In this document: piece after piece, positions 63,098-64,000 of the stretch | How positions within the stretch are numbered: the stretch's first letter is position 1 | Layout: each line of letters begins with the position of its first letter | Assembly (NCBI RefSeq): GCF_003918875.1 | Contig: NW_025767102.1 | Location: forward strand, 744,001-808,000 | Direction of reading: 5' to 3' | Length of the DNA stretch: 64,000 nt | Origin: Haliotis rubra | Lineage: Eukaryota | The notes under the pieces: model-generated | Told to the model about the DNA's origin: nothing | Seen by the model: the letters and a program-made list of their open reading frames with translations, nothing else | Databases searched by the model: none | Made by a program: the position numbers and the translations under genes

Positions 63098-63673
63098 TTC
63101 TGGTTCAGACTCTCTCCCGACCTCCGTGGACGCTGACCGTGACCTCTGACCCGGAACTCTCCATCCACGGATTTGCCTTTGCTGGTCAAGGCATCACGAT
63201 TGTCGACAGTAACACCCTAGAACGTAACCGTACCAGACGCCCAGTAACAGTTGGCGCCAAATGGTCACGTGGGGTGTCACATGGTAAGCACGTGTACGAG
63301 GTCATCTGGCCGGAAGTCCACAGAGGAGTGTCAGCGTCAGTAGGTGTGGGTACAGCAACGACGCCATTGTTCATCAAGGGCAAGGTCACCCTGGTTGGCA
63401 TGACAGAGGCTTCGTGGGGACTGGACATCGCCAAGAAGACAATGTTTCACAACTCAGCGCCAGGGAGGAGGTGTCCGCCAAACGAAGAAGACGTCATCCC
63501 AGAGAGATTTTTCATGTATGTTGACATGGACCGTGGTGAGCTGGGCTTCGGGTCCAGTAGCAAGTACTGGGGTGTGATGGCTGAAAACATCCACTACCTG
63601 AATCAGCCCCTGTATGTGATGGTTGGTGCCAACGTGTCCAAGGCCCGATTGCAAGTCTTCTACAGAGGTTCTG
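63098..63673 (+). CDS. SPRY/B30.2 domain exon of the SPSB/gustavus type; the gene probably continues past the window end
   Basis: GVSHGKHVYEVIWP..RG..ASVGVGT...PL...TLVG....SWGLDI...VDMDRGELGF...YWGV...LYVMVGA resembles the SPSB SPRY fold. Acceptor CATATAG at 63097 is in frame with the TM exon; donor TCTG|GTGAGG at 63673. Confidence 0.8.
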
Positions 63674-63814
63674 GTGAGGCCATGTTTAGGACTGATGTCG
63701 CAGATAATCCTTATTGATGATGTCAGATCTAATGAAACTCGGTCAATATATTGGGAATCGGTATCAATAAAATTCAGATTTTTTACCGTCCTACGATGTC
63801 TGTGTGCGTTAAAA

Positions 63815-63969
63815 GGGACGGTGGGATAGACAAATGGTTAAAGCGACCGCTCCTTACGTTAAAGACCCGGGTTCGATTTCCCACATAGCTACACAGTGTG
63901 AAGCCCGTTTCTGGTGTCGCTGGAACATTGCTAAAAGCGACGTAAAACCATACTCACTCACTCACTCAC
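63815..63969 (+). mobile_element. SINE family A
   Basis: B box GGTTCGATTTCC and (ACTC)n tail. Confidence 0.8.
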
Positions 63970-64000
63970 TGTAATTTCAGACCTGAGAAAAAATATGAAG

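Overview
Eukaryotic, intron-rich, AT-rich DNA, most likely from a gastropod mollusc (abalone-like, inferred from the SINE families and perlucin-like lectins; not proven). Exons were reconstructed by hand with splice-phase checks. The window holds: (1) a 3'-truncated minus-strand gene for a secreted precursor (signal peptide, amphipathic helix, CX3CX3C-X8-CX3CX3C, GKR site, EF-hand region); (2) SPO16/C1orf146 (+, 6 coding exons); (3) RUNDC3A/B-like (-, 10 coding exons, long acidic tail); (4) ELAC1/RNase Z short form (+, 9 coding exons), head-to-head with RUNDC3; (5) two tandem EPN-type C-type lectin genes (-), the second frameshifted; (6) the start of a probable transmembrane plus SPSB-type SPRY gene (+). 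Three SINE families, many MITEs, a foldback/Mutator-like element carrying a LINE 3' end, six minisatellites, a perfect 100-bp palindrome and one N-gap fill the rest. The most striking observation is that the last SPO16 intron has a U12-type donor (GTATCCTT) and its branch point, 3' splice site and first 13 exon bases are amplified into a 25-copy, 28-bp array. The first and last acceptors are in frame and the array has no stop codons. A second candidate is a non-tRNA SINE family whose fixed 5' end can fold into a pseudoknotted RNA, possibly a self-cleaving ribozyme.
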